Shown: positions 26,683-41,200, counted from the stretch's first letter. The stretch: DNA of 64,000 nucleotides from Eledone cirrhosa (GCA_964016885.1 OZ024740.1:307086001-307150000); one strand, 5' to 3'. Numbers and translations are program-made. The notes: a model not told the origin generated them from the sequence alone.

Positions 26683-26920
26683 TATATATATGCGTGTATG
26701 AGTGTGTTAGGTATGTAACCACAGTTACAGGTGGTTTGCTGTTCTAAGCACTGGATGCTGTTACAATGGTCTGTCTTATGCTGGATTATATTACATAATT
26801 AAGGTGGCAGTAGTGTGCAAAGTGTGAATAATTGAATGCGTATTTGCACATATAAACTTGCATACCTGATGACATGTCATGGCAGAGCCGAGCCCCAGAT
26901 TCTTACATATATATATATAT

Positions 26921-28105
26921 ATCATCATCATCATCATCAGGTTTAGCGTCCATGTTCCACGCTTGCATGGGTTTGGACGGGGGTTTTCCCACTTGAGGCA
27001 AGAGTGGTTGTCTTGCTCGCATAGGACTGTCTGGCGGGTTTTCTACAGTTGGATGCCCTTCCTAACACCAACCACATTTACAGTGTGGGGCTGGGAGGTT
27101 TTTACCGTGTTGCCTACACGGCCACATTACAGCGTGGACTGTCTGGCGGGTTTTCTACAGCTGGATGCCCTTCCTAACACCAACCACATTTACAGTGTGG
27201 GGCTGGGAGGTTTTTACCGTGTTGCCTACACGGCCACATTTACAGCGTGGACTGTGTGTTTTTTGTCGTGACACCTACACGATCTCATTTGTTTCGGCCT
27301 GGATGTTGTGGGACCAACATAACTTTACATTGAAAGGGGCGGTGTGGGTGGGGTGGAGGTGGTGGGACGGGGGTGTGTTTTGATAGAGGTGCCTACTGAC
27401 TGTAGTAGGTTTTTACTTTGTATTTAGGTAAGGCGGGTCTTCTCTATTACTGAGTACCGCCAAAGGTCTCGGTCCAGTGACATTGTCTTGGAGAGGTGTA
27501 AGCGTGTGAGGTCGGAATTTATCAGCTCGTCCCATGTTTTTCTGGGTCTGCCTACTCCGTGGCTACCGTCTATCTTTATTGCCCTGCACTTTGTTATACA
27601 GCTGTCGTCTTTCATGCGCATCACGTGACCGTACCAACGTAGCCTTCTCTCGAGTAAACAACATCTGATCCCTCTTATTTCTAATTTTTTTCTTAGTTCG
27701 TTTATGCTTTGCCGTTCACGTATATTACTATTGCACATCCAGCGGAGCATGCAAGCTTCGTTCCTCTCTAGTCTGCGTATATCCTCTGCACACAATGCCC
27801 AGGTCTTACTGCCATGCAGCATTGCTGTTCGTATGCAGGCATCGTATAACCTGCCTTTCATTTTTAGGGAGAACCCTCTAGCGGCTAATAGTGGTATAAG
27901 CTCTCTGAACTTTTTCCCTCCAGTTCTGACTCTAGCTACTGTACTTTCAGAGCACCCTCCCCCACTGCTGATTTTGTCACCCAGATAACGGAAGCTGTCC
28001 ACTATTTCTATAGAACCCTCTGCGCAGTTGAAGGAGCTAGTATTTTGTGGGCACTTGCTGCTACTTATTGCACCAGAGCACCGGCCACATGTAAAATCTA
28101 TGTTC
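26921..28105 (-). mobile_element. RTE family A, 5'-truncated, with an internal ~113-bp tandem duplication in the 3' UTR
   Basis: ORF 27424-28002 ([19 protein letters not shown]). Duplication ~27023-27135 / 27136-27249. (TA)n at both ends. Confidence 0.95.
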
Positions 28106-28478
<373 letters not shown>

Positions 28479-28855
28479 ATCATCATCATCATCATCACCG
28501 TTTTACGTCCGTTCTTCCATGCTAGCATGGGTTAGACGGGTTGTCCTGTTGTGGGCAGTGTCTGGTCGGCTGACCATGCCTTGCTCATACAGGAACTGAT
28601 TTTGGCTTGATTTCTACAGCTGGATGCCCTTCCTAACACCAACCTCATTTACAGTGAGTGCTGGGTGCTTTTTCCGTGGCACCTACACGTCCACTTTACA
28701 GTGTGGGCTGGGTGCTTTTTTGCCGTGGCACCTCCACGACCACCTTGTAGTGGGAGGGTGTAGCGGCATATTGTCTATATGCTTCAGCTTGTACCCATGG
28801 GAGGTCGGGTACTCTGTATTACTGCGTGACACCAGAGGTCACGGTTGTGTGTCAT
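28479..28855 (-). mobile_element. RTE family B 3' end
   Basis: Matches 20150-20525. Confidence 0.9.
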
Positions 28856-28869
28856 TATATGTATATAGA

Positions 28870-29057
28870 GGGCGGTGGATTGGCAGTATCGGTAGAGGGT
28901 CGGACGCCATGCTTTCCAGCATAGTTACGTCCCTTTACGATCTGAGTTCAAATCCCGCCGAGGTTGACTTTGCCTTTCATCCTTACGGGGCGATAAAATA
29001 AAGTACCAGTAATGCACTGGATAATTGGTGGCCTTGTGCCTAAAGTAGAAACAATTA
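28870..29057 (+). mobile_element. SINE family 1, full length
   Basis: Near-identical to 4978-5165. Confidence 0.9.
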
Positions 29058-29063
29058 TATGTA

Positions 29064-29097
<34 letters not shown>

Positions 29098-29153
29098 CAT
29101 GCCTAACCCATGCTAGCGTGGAAGATGGACGTTAAACGAAGATGATGATGATG

Positions 29154-29187
<34 letters not shown>

Positions 29188-29192
<5 letters not shown>

Positions 29193-30859
29193 GGTATAAA
29201 GCTGATGGACCAGGTCATGAAAGTAACAGAAAGAGTTATAGCACAGTTGATTAGGGACCGGGTGAAACTAGATGAGATGCAATTTGGGTTTGTGCCGGGA
29301 AAAGGCACCACTGATGCCCTCTTCCTTGTGAGGCAGTTACAGGAAAAGTACCTAGCTAAAAGTAAGTCTCTCTACCTGGCATTCGTTGATCTGCATAAAG
29401 CCTTTGACAGAGTTCCCCGTGCTATAATCTGGTGGGCTCTTAGAAAACTAGGAGTAGATGATTGGCTTGTGAAAGCTGTACAAGCCATGTATAGGGGAGC
29501 AGTCAGCAAAGTTAGGATTAGCAATGACTATAGTGAGGAATTTAGGATACAGGTCGGTGTCCACCAGGGCTCTGTTCTTAGCCCTCTCCTGTTCATCATA
29601 GTTTTGCAGGCAATAACGGAGGAGTTTAACACCAGATACCCATGGGAACTCCTGTATGCAGATTACCTCGCACTTATAACTGAATCTATGGTAGAACTAG
29701 AGAAGAAATTCCAAACATGGAAGCAGGCACTAGAAAGAAAGGGTCTCAAAGTCAACCTGACAAACACTAAGGTTCTTGTAAGTAGACGAGAAAACAGACG
29801 CCAGATCCCCTCAGGGAAATGGCCTTGCTCAGTATGTAGGAAAGGTGTAGGTAGGAACTCCATCCTCTACCCCAAATGCAAACAATGGGTACACAAGAGA
29901 TGTAGTGGGATCTCAGGAAGCTTAACTAAGAATGTAGGCTTCACATGTAGCAGCTGTGCTGGGACAGCAAGCAGCTAACAGCCACAGGAAATAAGCACCA
30001 CCAAACTCTGGGAGGGCTCTGTAGAAACAGTAGACAGCTTCTGCTACCTAGGTGACCGAATTAGTAACGGAGGTGGGTGTTCGGAAAGTACAATAACTAG
30101 GGTAAGAATGAGATGGAAGAAGTTCAGGGAGCTACTGCCACTGCTAGCTGCAAAAGGCTTTTCCCTCAAAATGAAAGGCAGACTGTATGATGCGTGTATA
30201 CGAACAGCAATGTTACATGGTAGTAAGACCTGGGTGCTGTGTGTAGAAGACTTGATTAGATTAGAAAGAAACGAAGCCTGCATGCTCTGACAGATGTGTA
30301 ATAGTAATATACGCGAATGGCAAAGCATAAACGAATTGAGAGAGAGACTGAGCATAAGAGGAATCAAATGCTATGTGCAGGAGAGGAGGTTGCGTTGGTA
30401 TGGACATGTGATGCATATGAAGGATGACAGCTGCATAAAAAGGTGCAGAGCACTAGAAGTCGATGGAAGCCGCGGAGTGGGGAGACCCAAGAAGACCTGG
30501 GCATTGACACACAACCGTGACTTCTGGCGTCACACAGTAATACAGAAGACCCAACCCCTCAAGGGTACAAGCCAAAGCTGAAGCATATAGCAAAGTGGTT
30601 GTGGAGGTGCCACGGCAAAAATGCACCCAGCCCACACTGTAAAGTTGACGTGGAGGCGTCACGGAAAAACAGCACCCAGCACTCACTGTAAATGAGGTTG
30701 GTGTTAGGAAGGGCATCCAGCTGTAGAAATCAAGCCAGAATCAGTTCCCATATGAGAAAGACATAGTCAGCCGACCGGCTACTGCCCACAACAGGACAAC
30801 CTGTCTAACCCATGCTAGCGTGGAAGAACAGACGTAAAACAGTGATGATGATGATGATG
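29188..30859 (+). mobile_element. RTE family B, 5'-truncated copy with in-frame stops
   Basis: RGIKLMDQ..QFGFVPGKGTTDA..FVDLHKAFDRVP..GVHQGSVLSP..YADY, PHD finger, RRLRWYGHV, 3' UTR and (GAT)n tail. (TA)n on both sides. Confidence 0.95.
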
Positions 30860-30871
30860 ATATATATATAT

Positions 30872-31168
30872 ATGAATGTATGTATAGTATATTTGGCAAT
30901 ATACTGTATGTTTAATTAAAAACATTTAGAAGACCATTCGCTTTTAGTTTTAAAGTAGTGACTATGTCACTTACTTATTTTCGGCGTTTCGTGTGTGGTT
31001 TTGATAAACGCCTACCAGAGAGAAACAGACTGTCAATCACTCTCCCTTACTTTTGCCGAAAATAAGTAAGTGACATAGTCACTACTTTAAAACTAATAGT
31101 GAATGATCTTCTAAATGTTTTTAATTAAACATACAGTATATTGTCAAATATACTATACATACATTCAT
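30872..31168. repeat. Inverted repeat with ~114-bp arms (30872-30985 / 31055-31168)
   Basis: Reverse-complementary arms with a few substitutions. The left arm starts at a (TA)n tract. Confidence 0.9.
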
Positions 31169-31209
31169 GTATACATCGCTATTTCTGAGCACCAATACTA
31201 TATATATAT

Positions 31210-31340
31210 ATATTTAATATAGAAATAGCTTCTACAGGACTAAAACTATTTCATTCGGGGGAAATCACCAGGCTTTGCTGATGATTTCTACTGAATGAAA
31301 CAGTTCTAGTCCTGTAGAAGACATTTCTATATTAAATATT
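31210..31340. ncRNA. Fold-back of a Penelope-type repeat with degenerate hammerhead cores on both strands
   Basis: CTGATGA-TTTCTACTGAAT-GAAAC-AGTTCTAGTCCTGTAGAAG on +, mirror copy on -. Same family at ~3981-4025 and 41440-41524. Confidence 0.55.
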
Positions 31341-33625
31341 TATACTCTGCTGTGTATAGAGTTGGCCTCCCCGCCCAGCCAGTGGGATGGCGTCATCGTA
31401 TAGCTAAAACAGCAACGTGGTGTGACCAGTGGCACCGAATGGCGCCCAACAGACTGGTCAGTCAAGGTGGTCAAGGTCAAGGTGTATAGAGTACCTTCCT
31501 TACTCTGGTTACCTCCGATTGAACCCAGGATAGACACTCACATATATATATATACACCCACCCACACACACTTACATACACATACAGGATAATGGAAGGT
31601 GTATATGATTTAACTACTGCTATATAGACACCAAGTGATGATAGGCATGTCTTCAGAGATTTAGTAATACTACATGCAGCTTCTGACATTATACTCTTCA
31701 TAATATGTTAGGAAGCAGAACCAGATTTGGTCAACAACAAACATAGCAGATAACCAATGAAAGGGCAAAGCTAAACAGTTATTCTAGTTTGTTGTTGGTG
31801 TTTTTATATTTGTACTACTTCCTTATTATATTTTATTTATTGATTTATTTCATAGTTGCTTCTCTTGTTAACAGTTAGATTTTGGTATTTCTAACCTCTA
31901 ACCTTATTTCCACCTAAGTATTTTTTTCTAAATCATTCAGTTATGTAGTGCTTGACTTCTATTTCAAACAAACCTCTTTTTCTATTTCCTTTGCTATTAT
32001 TCAATTGTAGGTGGTGTTGTTCTTAATATTATCATTTACGCGTAATTCTTTGCAATGACAACCAGAGAGAGTTTTTATTTTATTTCATTTTTATATATAT
32101 TCCTGAAGTTTAACATATTTTTCTGTAATTACAATGATATTCTGAAGTATTTGCTTTTGACAAATATTGCAAAAACAACAACTACTACTAAAAAGATTGC
32201 AGAAATATAATGGTAGTAGTAGTATTAGTAGTAGTAAAAATAATGATGATGGGGATAATAATACATTGGAGAATAATAAATATATTGAGAAAAACGTTGG
32301 AATTTTATGTCATTTCTGTCAGAGAATAAAAATCAATTTTGAAAATGTTTGTGAGTTTCTTTTTTGTTTTACTATTTCTTTTATTTTTGTTTTATTTCTT
32401 TATGTATTAATGTTTCACTCACCAGTCGGTTAGCAGGTCCTGAAAATTTGTTTACTAATTTGTTTTTACTAATTACAATCGAGAGACAGTTGCCATACTG
32501 GAGCACATTCTTCAAGGTTTTATTTTCCAATCGATCATCTCAACTCCAGTATTTATTTCAGTCTGGTATATATTTTATTGATCGCTATTGAATTCTTAAG
32601 TCCTTGATTGACTCAAAGGAATCCAATGTATGTCTATAAAAGTTTACACTGATACACACACATACTTGCATTGCTTTTATGTCTATTTTTTCATGCTAGT
32701 ATGAGATGACAGATATTTCTTGACAGAGTATTCCATGGCCAGATGTCATACCTGACATAACTTGTTTTTATTTTAAGTGGGGAATGGACCTTAGTACCTC
32801 TAGTAAGTGCAAGCATAATAATTACAAAGTATATTATATTCTACAGTCATGTACAGGATTGTGGTTGAGGTATGTTTTGTATTTTCTGTGTCTACACACT
32901 GACTATTTCGTTTTTTTTTTTTTATTAATAGACGTTCATTGGTGAACAATATACCTATTGCCTCTTCTGCACACAGGCTGTTACTTGAAGGGTGCATGGA
33001 GAATGCATTCCCCGATATAAACAAATTATGCCTATCTGTCTCGGTCTTTCTCTATCTTCATGTGTGTGTGTGTACTATGTCATCTTAAAGAGGAAAGGAC
33101 ACTAACATACGATGGTCACGACTGAAACACGTTTTACCATGTTTGCCTTATAACTTGGAGATAATACAGAGTAACCAATGACAGAGCCAGTCAGACTCCT
33201 TCAACACACCCTAGAGTAAAAAAACGGGAGAGAAACACTGAAGAAGGCAGTTCCTGAAAAAAAAAACAAAACAGACAGACAAAAAAAATCGGGATGGTCA
33301 GGACTTGATCACTTGGTTGCTAATCTGATGCTAAACAACAACTAAGAGAGCCAAAGCTCCCTCAAACAACACCTTACATCATAAAAACGGAAATATATAT
33401 TACGGAATGTAATTCTAGATATATACAAAAACGGATGGAGGGCTTTCATTGGAGGTGTACTCAAAATAAAAATAACCTGCTAAATTCCCCAAATCAGACA
33501 TCCTGCTGTATTAAATAAGTTTACCAAAAATCAATATTCATAGAACATTGAAGTATATATGTATATATAGTTAGTTATTTGGTAATGAATAAAATCATGT
33601 CAACGAACGATTTCCATACAAAAAT

Positions 33626-33810
33626 AATTGTTTCTACTTTTGGCACAAGGCCAGCAATTATCCCAGTGCATTACTGATACTTTATTTCATCGACCCCATC
33701 AGGATGAAAGGCAAAGTTAACTTCGGCGAGGTTTGAACTCAGACCATAAAGAGACGTAACTATGCCTCAAAGCATGGCGTCTGATCCTCTACTGATACTG
33801 CCAATCCACA
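33626..33810 (-). mobile_element. SINE family 1
   Basis: Reverse complement of the family 1 consensus. Other minus-strand copies at 38224-38323 and 44877-45062. Confidence 0.85.
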
Positions 33811-34452
33811 TTTCCATACAAAAACAATGAATGTGCGGAGGATGCTATAAAATAACGTATAAAATGTTTATTAATGTAAAGTTCTGTTTGTTAATACTTT
33901 CATTTTCTGAATACTTTCCATTTGAAGTAGGCTAAACGTAAACTTGGACTTCCAATTTCATGTTGATAATGAATTATATCAGATTTTCTGCAGATACACA
34001 ATATTACTTCTACTATTATGAGTTGTGAAAAAATATTGGTTTCTTTTAAATTTCCTAAATATAATCGTAATTTAAATCTTTAAAATGTATTGCGGTAAAA
34101 GTTCATTAAGAAATATGTACTATTAGGAAAGTTCTAGTTTTACTGGTAATGAAAGATTGTTTGGGCTTTCTCACATACATTCTGTGTTTAACTGTTGAAT
34201 TTCTTTCTTTTGTTCACACTTTTTTTTTTTTTATAATGTGCATCAAGTGAGATAAAATGGAAGTAAACGACGATGAAGTGAAACCAATTTATTTCACTAT
34301 TATTATATTGTTGTTGTTTTTATTATTAGGCACATTTTTATTGCTTATTTACTTAAATTTTAAAGGGATGTGCGTATAAACTATTGGCATTGATTGAGGA
34401 TATGGAACGAATTAGAATCATTACCGAAGGGCTCCCTACACACACATATATA

Positions 34453-34839
34453 CTCTCAAACCCCAAATAATAAAAGGGGGGGGGGGTAAACGAGGGGGTT
34501 GGAAAATCGGTAATTTTTCTAGGTTGTCTTCGTTGATTAAAAAAACAAAACAGAATTAGTCGTTTAGTTTACACATTGAGATCCCCAACCCATCCTATTT
34601 ATTTTATAACATATGGGATTTCTAGTAATGTACTTTTTATGTCATGTATAATATTTTTTAATGTATAAATAAAATTAATTGTCGCAGGAATGCTACCACT
34701 TAAAATAAAATTTCTCCGGATATAGATTAGCAAAGTTTAATAAGTGGAGGAGGACGGGAGTGATAAAAGCAGGGAGGTTTGAAAAAAATCTAAAAAAATT
34801 AATAAGCTGGTTGGGGGCGCATTATTCGAGACCTGAGAG
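34453..34839. mobile_element. Tc1/mariner-superfamily-like MITE (degenerate)
   Basis: TA|CTCTCAAACCCCAAATAAT ... ATTATTCGAGACCTGAGAG|TA: imperfect TIRs with TA flanks. Confidence 0.55.
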
Positions 34840-35255
34840 TATATATATATATACTCACAACCATCATATTCGATAACTATCGTTTATGCATCTCACGATC
34901 AACTATCCACTCCCCTCAAAAAAAAACAGTTAACCATATTGACCGAAACCTGAATTAACTATTCTATAAACCCAGTGAAGAAAACATAACGCAGAACATA
35001 TTAAATTCAGAACCAACAACAAAACGAATTTAACCAAACCACCACTAGAATCCAAATGAGTTTTAATTTCGCCATTAAAACCAAAAATAAAAAAAAAACT
35101 AAGTAACCTCACCATCAACGGTGGTAATGTTGCGAGCACATTGGCTTGCCTCAAAATATTCTGTTGACCCTTATGATGTGTGGCCAATTGTCGCACTTGA
35201 TGGTGAATTGATGGTCGTTTTCGTTTCCTCCTCTTTTATGTTTCTATTTAATCTT

Positions 35256-35430
35256 TAGACCTGCCAACATCTAAAAGCCAAAACGGGGAGTATCATGAAA
35301 AAACGCGCCCTAAAATGGGGTGATTTTACATAATAAAAGCTATACCTATTTTCATAAGAGAAGACATCTCTCACCCACCCCAAAGGCTATTGTAAATCTC
35401 CCCGTCGGTTGGGGAGAGTTGACAGGTCTG
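35256..35430. mobile_element. hAT-like MITE
   Basis: TAGACCTGCCAAC ... GTTGACAGGTCTG TIRs. AATCTT is duplicated on both flanks. Confidence 0.75.
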
Positions 35431-36499
35431 AATCTTATATATTGTTAAGTATTGTATATACTATTTGTGTCTATTTTCATTCTGTAAGAATTATAAATAA
35501 TGTGTAATGTTATTTATACAATTGTGAATATATATAAGAATGTTTTATAACATATTTCTAATTAGAATCGGAAACTAAAATCCACAAACAGCACTAAATG
35601 TATAATAAACTATTTATTATACCTGAATCTGTCTCATATCCAACCATCACGGCACTTTGTGACAATAGTCATAAACAGGAGCGGGGAACTCACGACTTAT
35701 GTCTTTACACTTGCTCTGAAAAACAACTTCCTTTACTCCAATCACACATGTGACCCATAGATCAGAGTTTCCTAACCTGGGCGATATCGCACCGATGGGC
35801 AATGAACATCTGATCAGAAAATTGTGGGCGATTGGAGATCGTGAGTGATATAGGATTTTGAGTATTAAGACACAAAATGTGGGTAAAGTAAAAAAAAATA
35901 CAAAATGTGGGTACTGCGCCCGCATTTCGAGTGCAGAGAAATTTGAAGAGAGAAAAAAAAAGTTGTATAACTGTATGCATACGGGTGTGTAACATTTAGA
36001 AGAAACTATAAATATACAAAGTTGTGATCATGTATTTCTAACTGTTGCGTATGGATGGCTGAACGTTTGGGGTTGCGGTATCGGATTACGATATGATAAC
36101 ACAGAGGACAGGACTATTTCTCTAGATGTATTATCATACGTAAGATGCTTTTCCAGTGAGTCGAGGTTTACACTATGACATGAGTGTGTGTAATTTTGAG
36201 TTGCGTGCCTGAGTGAGTCCGGGCGTGTAGTACCCGTGGGTCATTCTCATGTGTTTAATAGCTGTTGCCGTACCTCGACGTTGAAAAGTGATCTCGCAGA
36301 AACCCAACCGAATCCAGAACATACCATAGACAAAAACATGCTGGTGTGTGACAAAGAAAATGATGTGTGTTTGATGCAAAATGTGTATCTTCATACAGGC
36401 ATATAATACAGTTAAAAAAAATAAAAAAATAAAAATGAACGTTCATATATAACCTGTAAAAAAAAATATATATATATATTCATATAATTGTTCTTTACA

Positions 36500-37314
36500 A
36501 AAAGTTCAGTTTTCTCTTCTTTATGTGATCGTTTTCTTGCTAGGAAGCTAGTAGTATTGTCTGTTGTTGTTGGAGATTACGAAGCACGCGGTGAAGTGTT
36601 TGGTAATGAATCGAAACATCAAAGCGAAGTCACAGTAAATATTCCGTAGAATGGAAGTTTGGTGAATAATTTGAAAAAGTGAAGTTTTATCACATCGTAC
36701 CATATAGATGAGAAGCTTGGTATTGCTGAGAAAGCTGCTGTTGAGAAAGTTGTTGATGTTGGCAATGGAAGCCATGATCAGAAAGCTGCATGTGGTTTTC
36801 TTTTTTAAAATACCACTTCGTATTTTTTTTTAAAGGAACCTGTTCGTTCCCATCACGTCGGGGTCACCAATGTAACGAAGGGTATTAATGGTGGTGGTTA
36901 GATGGATTAACAAAAATAGGTGATTTACTTTATATATAAAAAAGGTTTACTTCACTTCAGTCAAAAAGAGCAATAAACAAGTTACCACGAGTCGCGAAGG
37001 TTGACGTAGTTATTTTGTTGTTGGTTCATGAGGCTGGTGTAATCTGAGGCCATAGTGAGAGAGAGTAAGGGTCTGTAGACCTCAGAGGCCTTAGATAGCG
37101 ACGAATCTTTACATAGCTTGTCTATAGAGTACGGCTCCGATCTCTCTGTGTAAAAGACGTGGGATGCTACAGGCTTTTTATACCTGTCGCATGGTTGTCT
37201 GTCGCCTCGAAGGATCGCTCACGCATGCACCTGTCCACGCCGAAAAGGATGGTGACCTAGAATTTGACTTTTAGGTGTCACCCAGCGTTCAAGGCGTGAA
37301 CAGATTTCACTACA
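36500..37314 (-). mobile_element. Gypsy-type LTR retrotransposon 5' end: LTR 36871-37314, tRNA-Trp PBS 36852-36869, short internal remnant
   Basis: Minus strand TGTAGT...GTTACA, followed after 1 nt by TGGTGACCCCGACGTGAT, complementary to the tRNA-Trp 3' end. TATAAAAA inside the LTR. Superfamily assignment is inferred. Confidence 0.85.
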
Positions 37315-37320
37315 TATATA

Positions 37321-37486
37321 CCGTATTTCCCGGCGTCGAGGACGCTACTTTTTTCCTAAAATAAGTCTCAAAAATTTACTATACGTCCTTGAGGTCGAAG
37401 GTTGTTTATTATTTATTTTTTTATTTTTGGTTGTCAAAATTAGGGTGTGTCCTCGAGAATGAAACGTCTTTGGCACCGAAATACGA
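37321..37486. mobile_element. Tc2/pogo-like MITE
   Basis: TA|CCGTATTTCCCGGCGTC ... GCACCGAAATACG: CCGTATTT-type ends. Confidence 0.65.
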
Positions 37487-37487
37487 C

Positions 37488-38203
37488 AAAAGATGTAGTG
37501 GGATATAGAGTAAACTAACAGGAAGGGAGAACGTTGCAGTCGAAGATGCACAGGAGAAATCGAGTGCCAATGATATAAACTTTTTCCACTCACAGGGAGG
37601 ATCCATAGATGTGGTTGATAGCTTCTGCTATCTAGTTGACCTAATTAGTAACGGAGGAGGGTGTGCCAAGAGTATAATAGCTAGAATAAGGATAGGATGG
37701 AAGAAGTTTAGAGAACTACACCCACTTCTGACAACAAAAACTTTCTCCCTACATACAAAAGGATGACTGTATGATGCCTGTGTGTGGTGCACCATGCTGC
37801 ATGATAATGAAACATTGGCTGTGACTGAAGAGGGCATGTGTTGACTGGAGAGAAATGAAGCAACCATGATTTGTTGGATGTGCAATGTAAATGCGAGAGA
37901 AAGGCAGAGTTTTGATTAGCTGAGGGAGAAGCTGGGTTTAAGGGGAATCCAGGGTGGTGTGAGGAGAGGAGATTGCATTGGTATGGACAATGACGAATGG
38001 GTGAAGAAATGCCAGTAGAAGGAGGACGCAGTAGAGGTAGACCAAGAAAGACCTGGGCAGAGGTTGTGAGAGCTGACCTGAAATTGCTAAGACTGGCAGA
38101 GAAGATGACAAAGGAATGCAAGTGGAGAGATGCCATGCTGAGAAGGACCCATCCAACCCATGCAAGCATGGAAAAGCGAACGAAAAAATGATGATGGTGA
38201 TGA
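37488..38203 (+). mobile_element. RTE family C-like, decayed 3' portion
   Basis: PHD end (RCSGI..RCTG), [34 protein letters not shown] and (ATG)n tail running into (TA)n. Confidence 0.85.
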
Positions 38204-38494
38204 TATATATATATATATATATAATTGTTTCTACTTTAGGCACAAGGCCAGCAATTACCCAGTGCATTACTGGTACTTTATTTTATCGACCCCGTAAGGA
38301 TGAAAGGCAAAGTCAACCCCGGCGATGAATTAGTTTTGCAAGGTTTTTGATATGAAATCGTGTGTCGAAACAAATATTGTTATACTTGGGGAGGGTCATA
38401 TTTGTGTAATAATATTGCCAGAATTAATAACAGAACACACTCACTGTTTGGTTGGTTTTCGCTTCTGTGTCTTTTATATCGGTTAATTTAATTT

Positions 38495-39598
38495 AAAACT
38501 ACCCTAAAGGGCCACATATTTAAATTCAACGAGAAGATCTACACCCAAAATGAGGGAGCAGCCATTGGCGTCAGCATAGCTGGTGATGTTGCCAACCTTT
38601 TTATAGTATGGTGGGAAAGGAGACTCAAAGGATCTCCTTGATGAGAGATCCATAGACCTCATCATGTACTCTCGTTACGTAGACGATATCAATATAGTAA
38701 TAAGGACATCCCCACAAGAGAGTACTAACAAGTTTGATTTAGAACATAGCACAATGGAAAGCATCCAGCAGATAGCTAATTCCATACACCAAAGTATAAC
38801 TGTAACTATCGACTACCCTTCCTAACACCCTAACAATAGACTACCTGTATTAGACACGGAACTCTGGATTAACACTATAGACGAGAGAGCCCAAATTCTC
38901 CACTCACACAACGCTAAACCCATGGCCTCCAAATACCTGATACTCAAAAACTCACCAATGTCCAGTAGTGCTAAGTTTAATATTCTGATTGCAGACTTGC
39001 TACGAGTGATGAAGAATGTGTCCCGCATGTGCGACCCAACAGAAATGGAAAGACACATCCAACACTTCATCAACCGCATGCAGTTCTCTGGCTACAATCA
39101 AAGAGACAGAATCAGAGTATACGAAGGAGCCACGGAGAAGTATAAGATCCTCATAGAACTGGACATGAAAGGAATTTGCCCATTATACAGGAGCAAATCA
39201 TGAAATAGCTTAGATAGGACTAGACATAAGATAGGGAAAGCCACCTCATGGTACGACAACCAGAGATACCAGAGTGTTATGTTTGTGGACGCTACCCCTG
39301 GAGGCAAATTAGCTAACCAGTGTAGAAAGGCCCTGAGAAAGACCCACTTAAAGATTAAGGTGGTAGAAAAGCCAGGAACCACCATAAAATCCCTGATCAG
39401 CAAAACCTACCCTTTTAAGAAAACCCACTGTACTAATAGGAAATGTATTATATGTAAAGTAAACCCCGGATAAACTGTAAAACTAGAAACGTAGTCTATA
39501 GCATAAGATGTACAGAGGGTACTTGCAGAAACATGACAACAACATACATAGGCGAGACAGCTCGTAGCATAGGTGAAAGGATAGACCAACACTATAAT
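38495..39598 (+). mobile_element. Penelope-like element, 5'-truncated RT + GIY-YIG endonuclease (disrupted)
   Basis: YTQNEGAAIG..VANLF, YSRYVDD (38676-38687), LPVLD, MFVDATPGGKL, CxxxxCxxC..C linker, VVY and YIGETARS. Several stops and frameshifts. Confidence 0.9.
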
Positions 39599-40376
39599 AT
39601 ATATACACCCAAGTATAATATATATATATATATATATATAGAAAGATTTGAATGGATACAGTTTAGTTGAAAGGAATTTATTGACACGTGTTTCTATAAC
39701 AGTTGCATAACCTAAAACAGCTATCTACAAACTTTTAGTTATGCAGACATTCAATATTTCAATGTTATTATTTACTGTCATTTCATCAGAATAATATTAC
39801 TGAGGACCTATTTAGTTTTTATAGAGAATATTAGGAGGGAGGGGTGAAGTTGTTGGAAGAATAGTTGAAGGAGTGGTTTTTCGATAGCAGTGAGAATTCT
39901 TGGTGGCAGTGAGTAATTAGATTCCCATCTGTTGTTTTGACATTTTTTATAGAATATATTATTGGTTATTTTTCTAAATCTATAGAAGGATTAGAGATAG
40001 TAAAGATATGCGTGGTTGGTTTTGTGTTTGCACTTAATTAACATTCAGACTTAAATTTTTCTTTCAAGTGTACGTATCCTTTCACCCACGCATTCACACA
40101 CAAATATATTTGCACACCTCTACAAAATACATATACTCACAATTCACATATTCATACTTACATATATATACACATGCATACACATATATATACACACATG
40201 TATTCATGTACATACATACGCGCTCATGTGTATACATTTTCATACTCAACTTATCTTTATATACACATGTATAGACACACTCATATATACATACATACTC
40301 TAGTCCATGTGTACACACATACACATACTTACACATCCATATACACATATATACATACATATATATATACATATAC

Positions 40377-40435
<59 letters not shown>

Positions 40436-40756
40436 CATATATACATACACATACATATACACATATATACATACATATATATATATAAGCACTTTAATAC
40501 ATGAATACACTTACATCTAACTATACACATCAAACATATATATATATTTACTTATTTATATACATTTTCACATATATATACATACTTATGGACGTTTTTA
40601 GACACATTCATTATCGCATATTTGTACCTATTCTCATCAGCATATCTTTTCATTATTAGTATGGTAATTTAAGGTTATTAATATATGTTGAGAAGAGATT
40701 GTTTTTATATTTTTCTAACTAGATTAAGGTTTATATAGTTGGGGGATGTCCCTCTT

Positions 40757-41200
40757 TTATGTAATATTCGGCTTGTAGTGGGAAAAAAGGGTTTTAGTTC
40801 TGTGACGGCAGAATAATGTTCGTTCAATTCTGTTATTCAGCAGTTTCTTCTTGTGTGTGATTATGTAATAAATCTCAAGATTACATAATTTGCAGAAATT
40901 TTGGCTCCTGGAAAAGCTTTGGGTTTTAGCTAATTTTTCCCATTTTAGGGTAAACTTTTGGTCGCTATCCCTGAGCGTCCAAGCTTTTTCTGCTAAAGTT
41001 GTTACATTTCTTTGGCTCTGGTGTTTTATTGAGTAAGAATGCCTATACAATCGAGATTTAAACGATGTTGCCGTTGATCCCACGTAATACCACTCGTTGC
41101 CTCCGGATTTAATGGTACACTTATAAATAATATTTTTTTCCAGGCAGTTATTGCCGAGGGGGCAGTTGTCAGGATAGGTGCAGTTACAGTTGTGTACGTT
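40757..41200 (-). mobile_element. Penelope-like element of a second family, GIY-YIG C-terminus
   Basis: CNC..CPLGNNCLEKNIIYKC..YYVGSTATSFKSRLYRH..CKLCNLE..LLNNRIE..CRH. Downstream (39620-40756) is low-complexity 3' sequence with a degenerate CTGATGA..GAAA core near 39755-39790. Confidence 0.85.
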
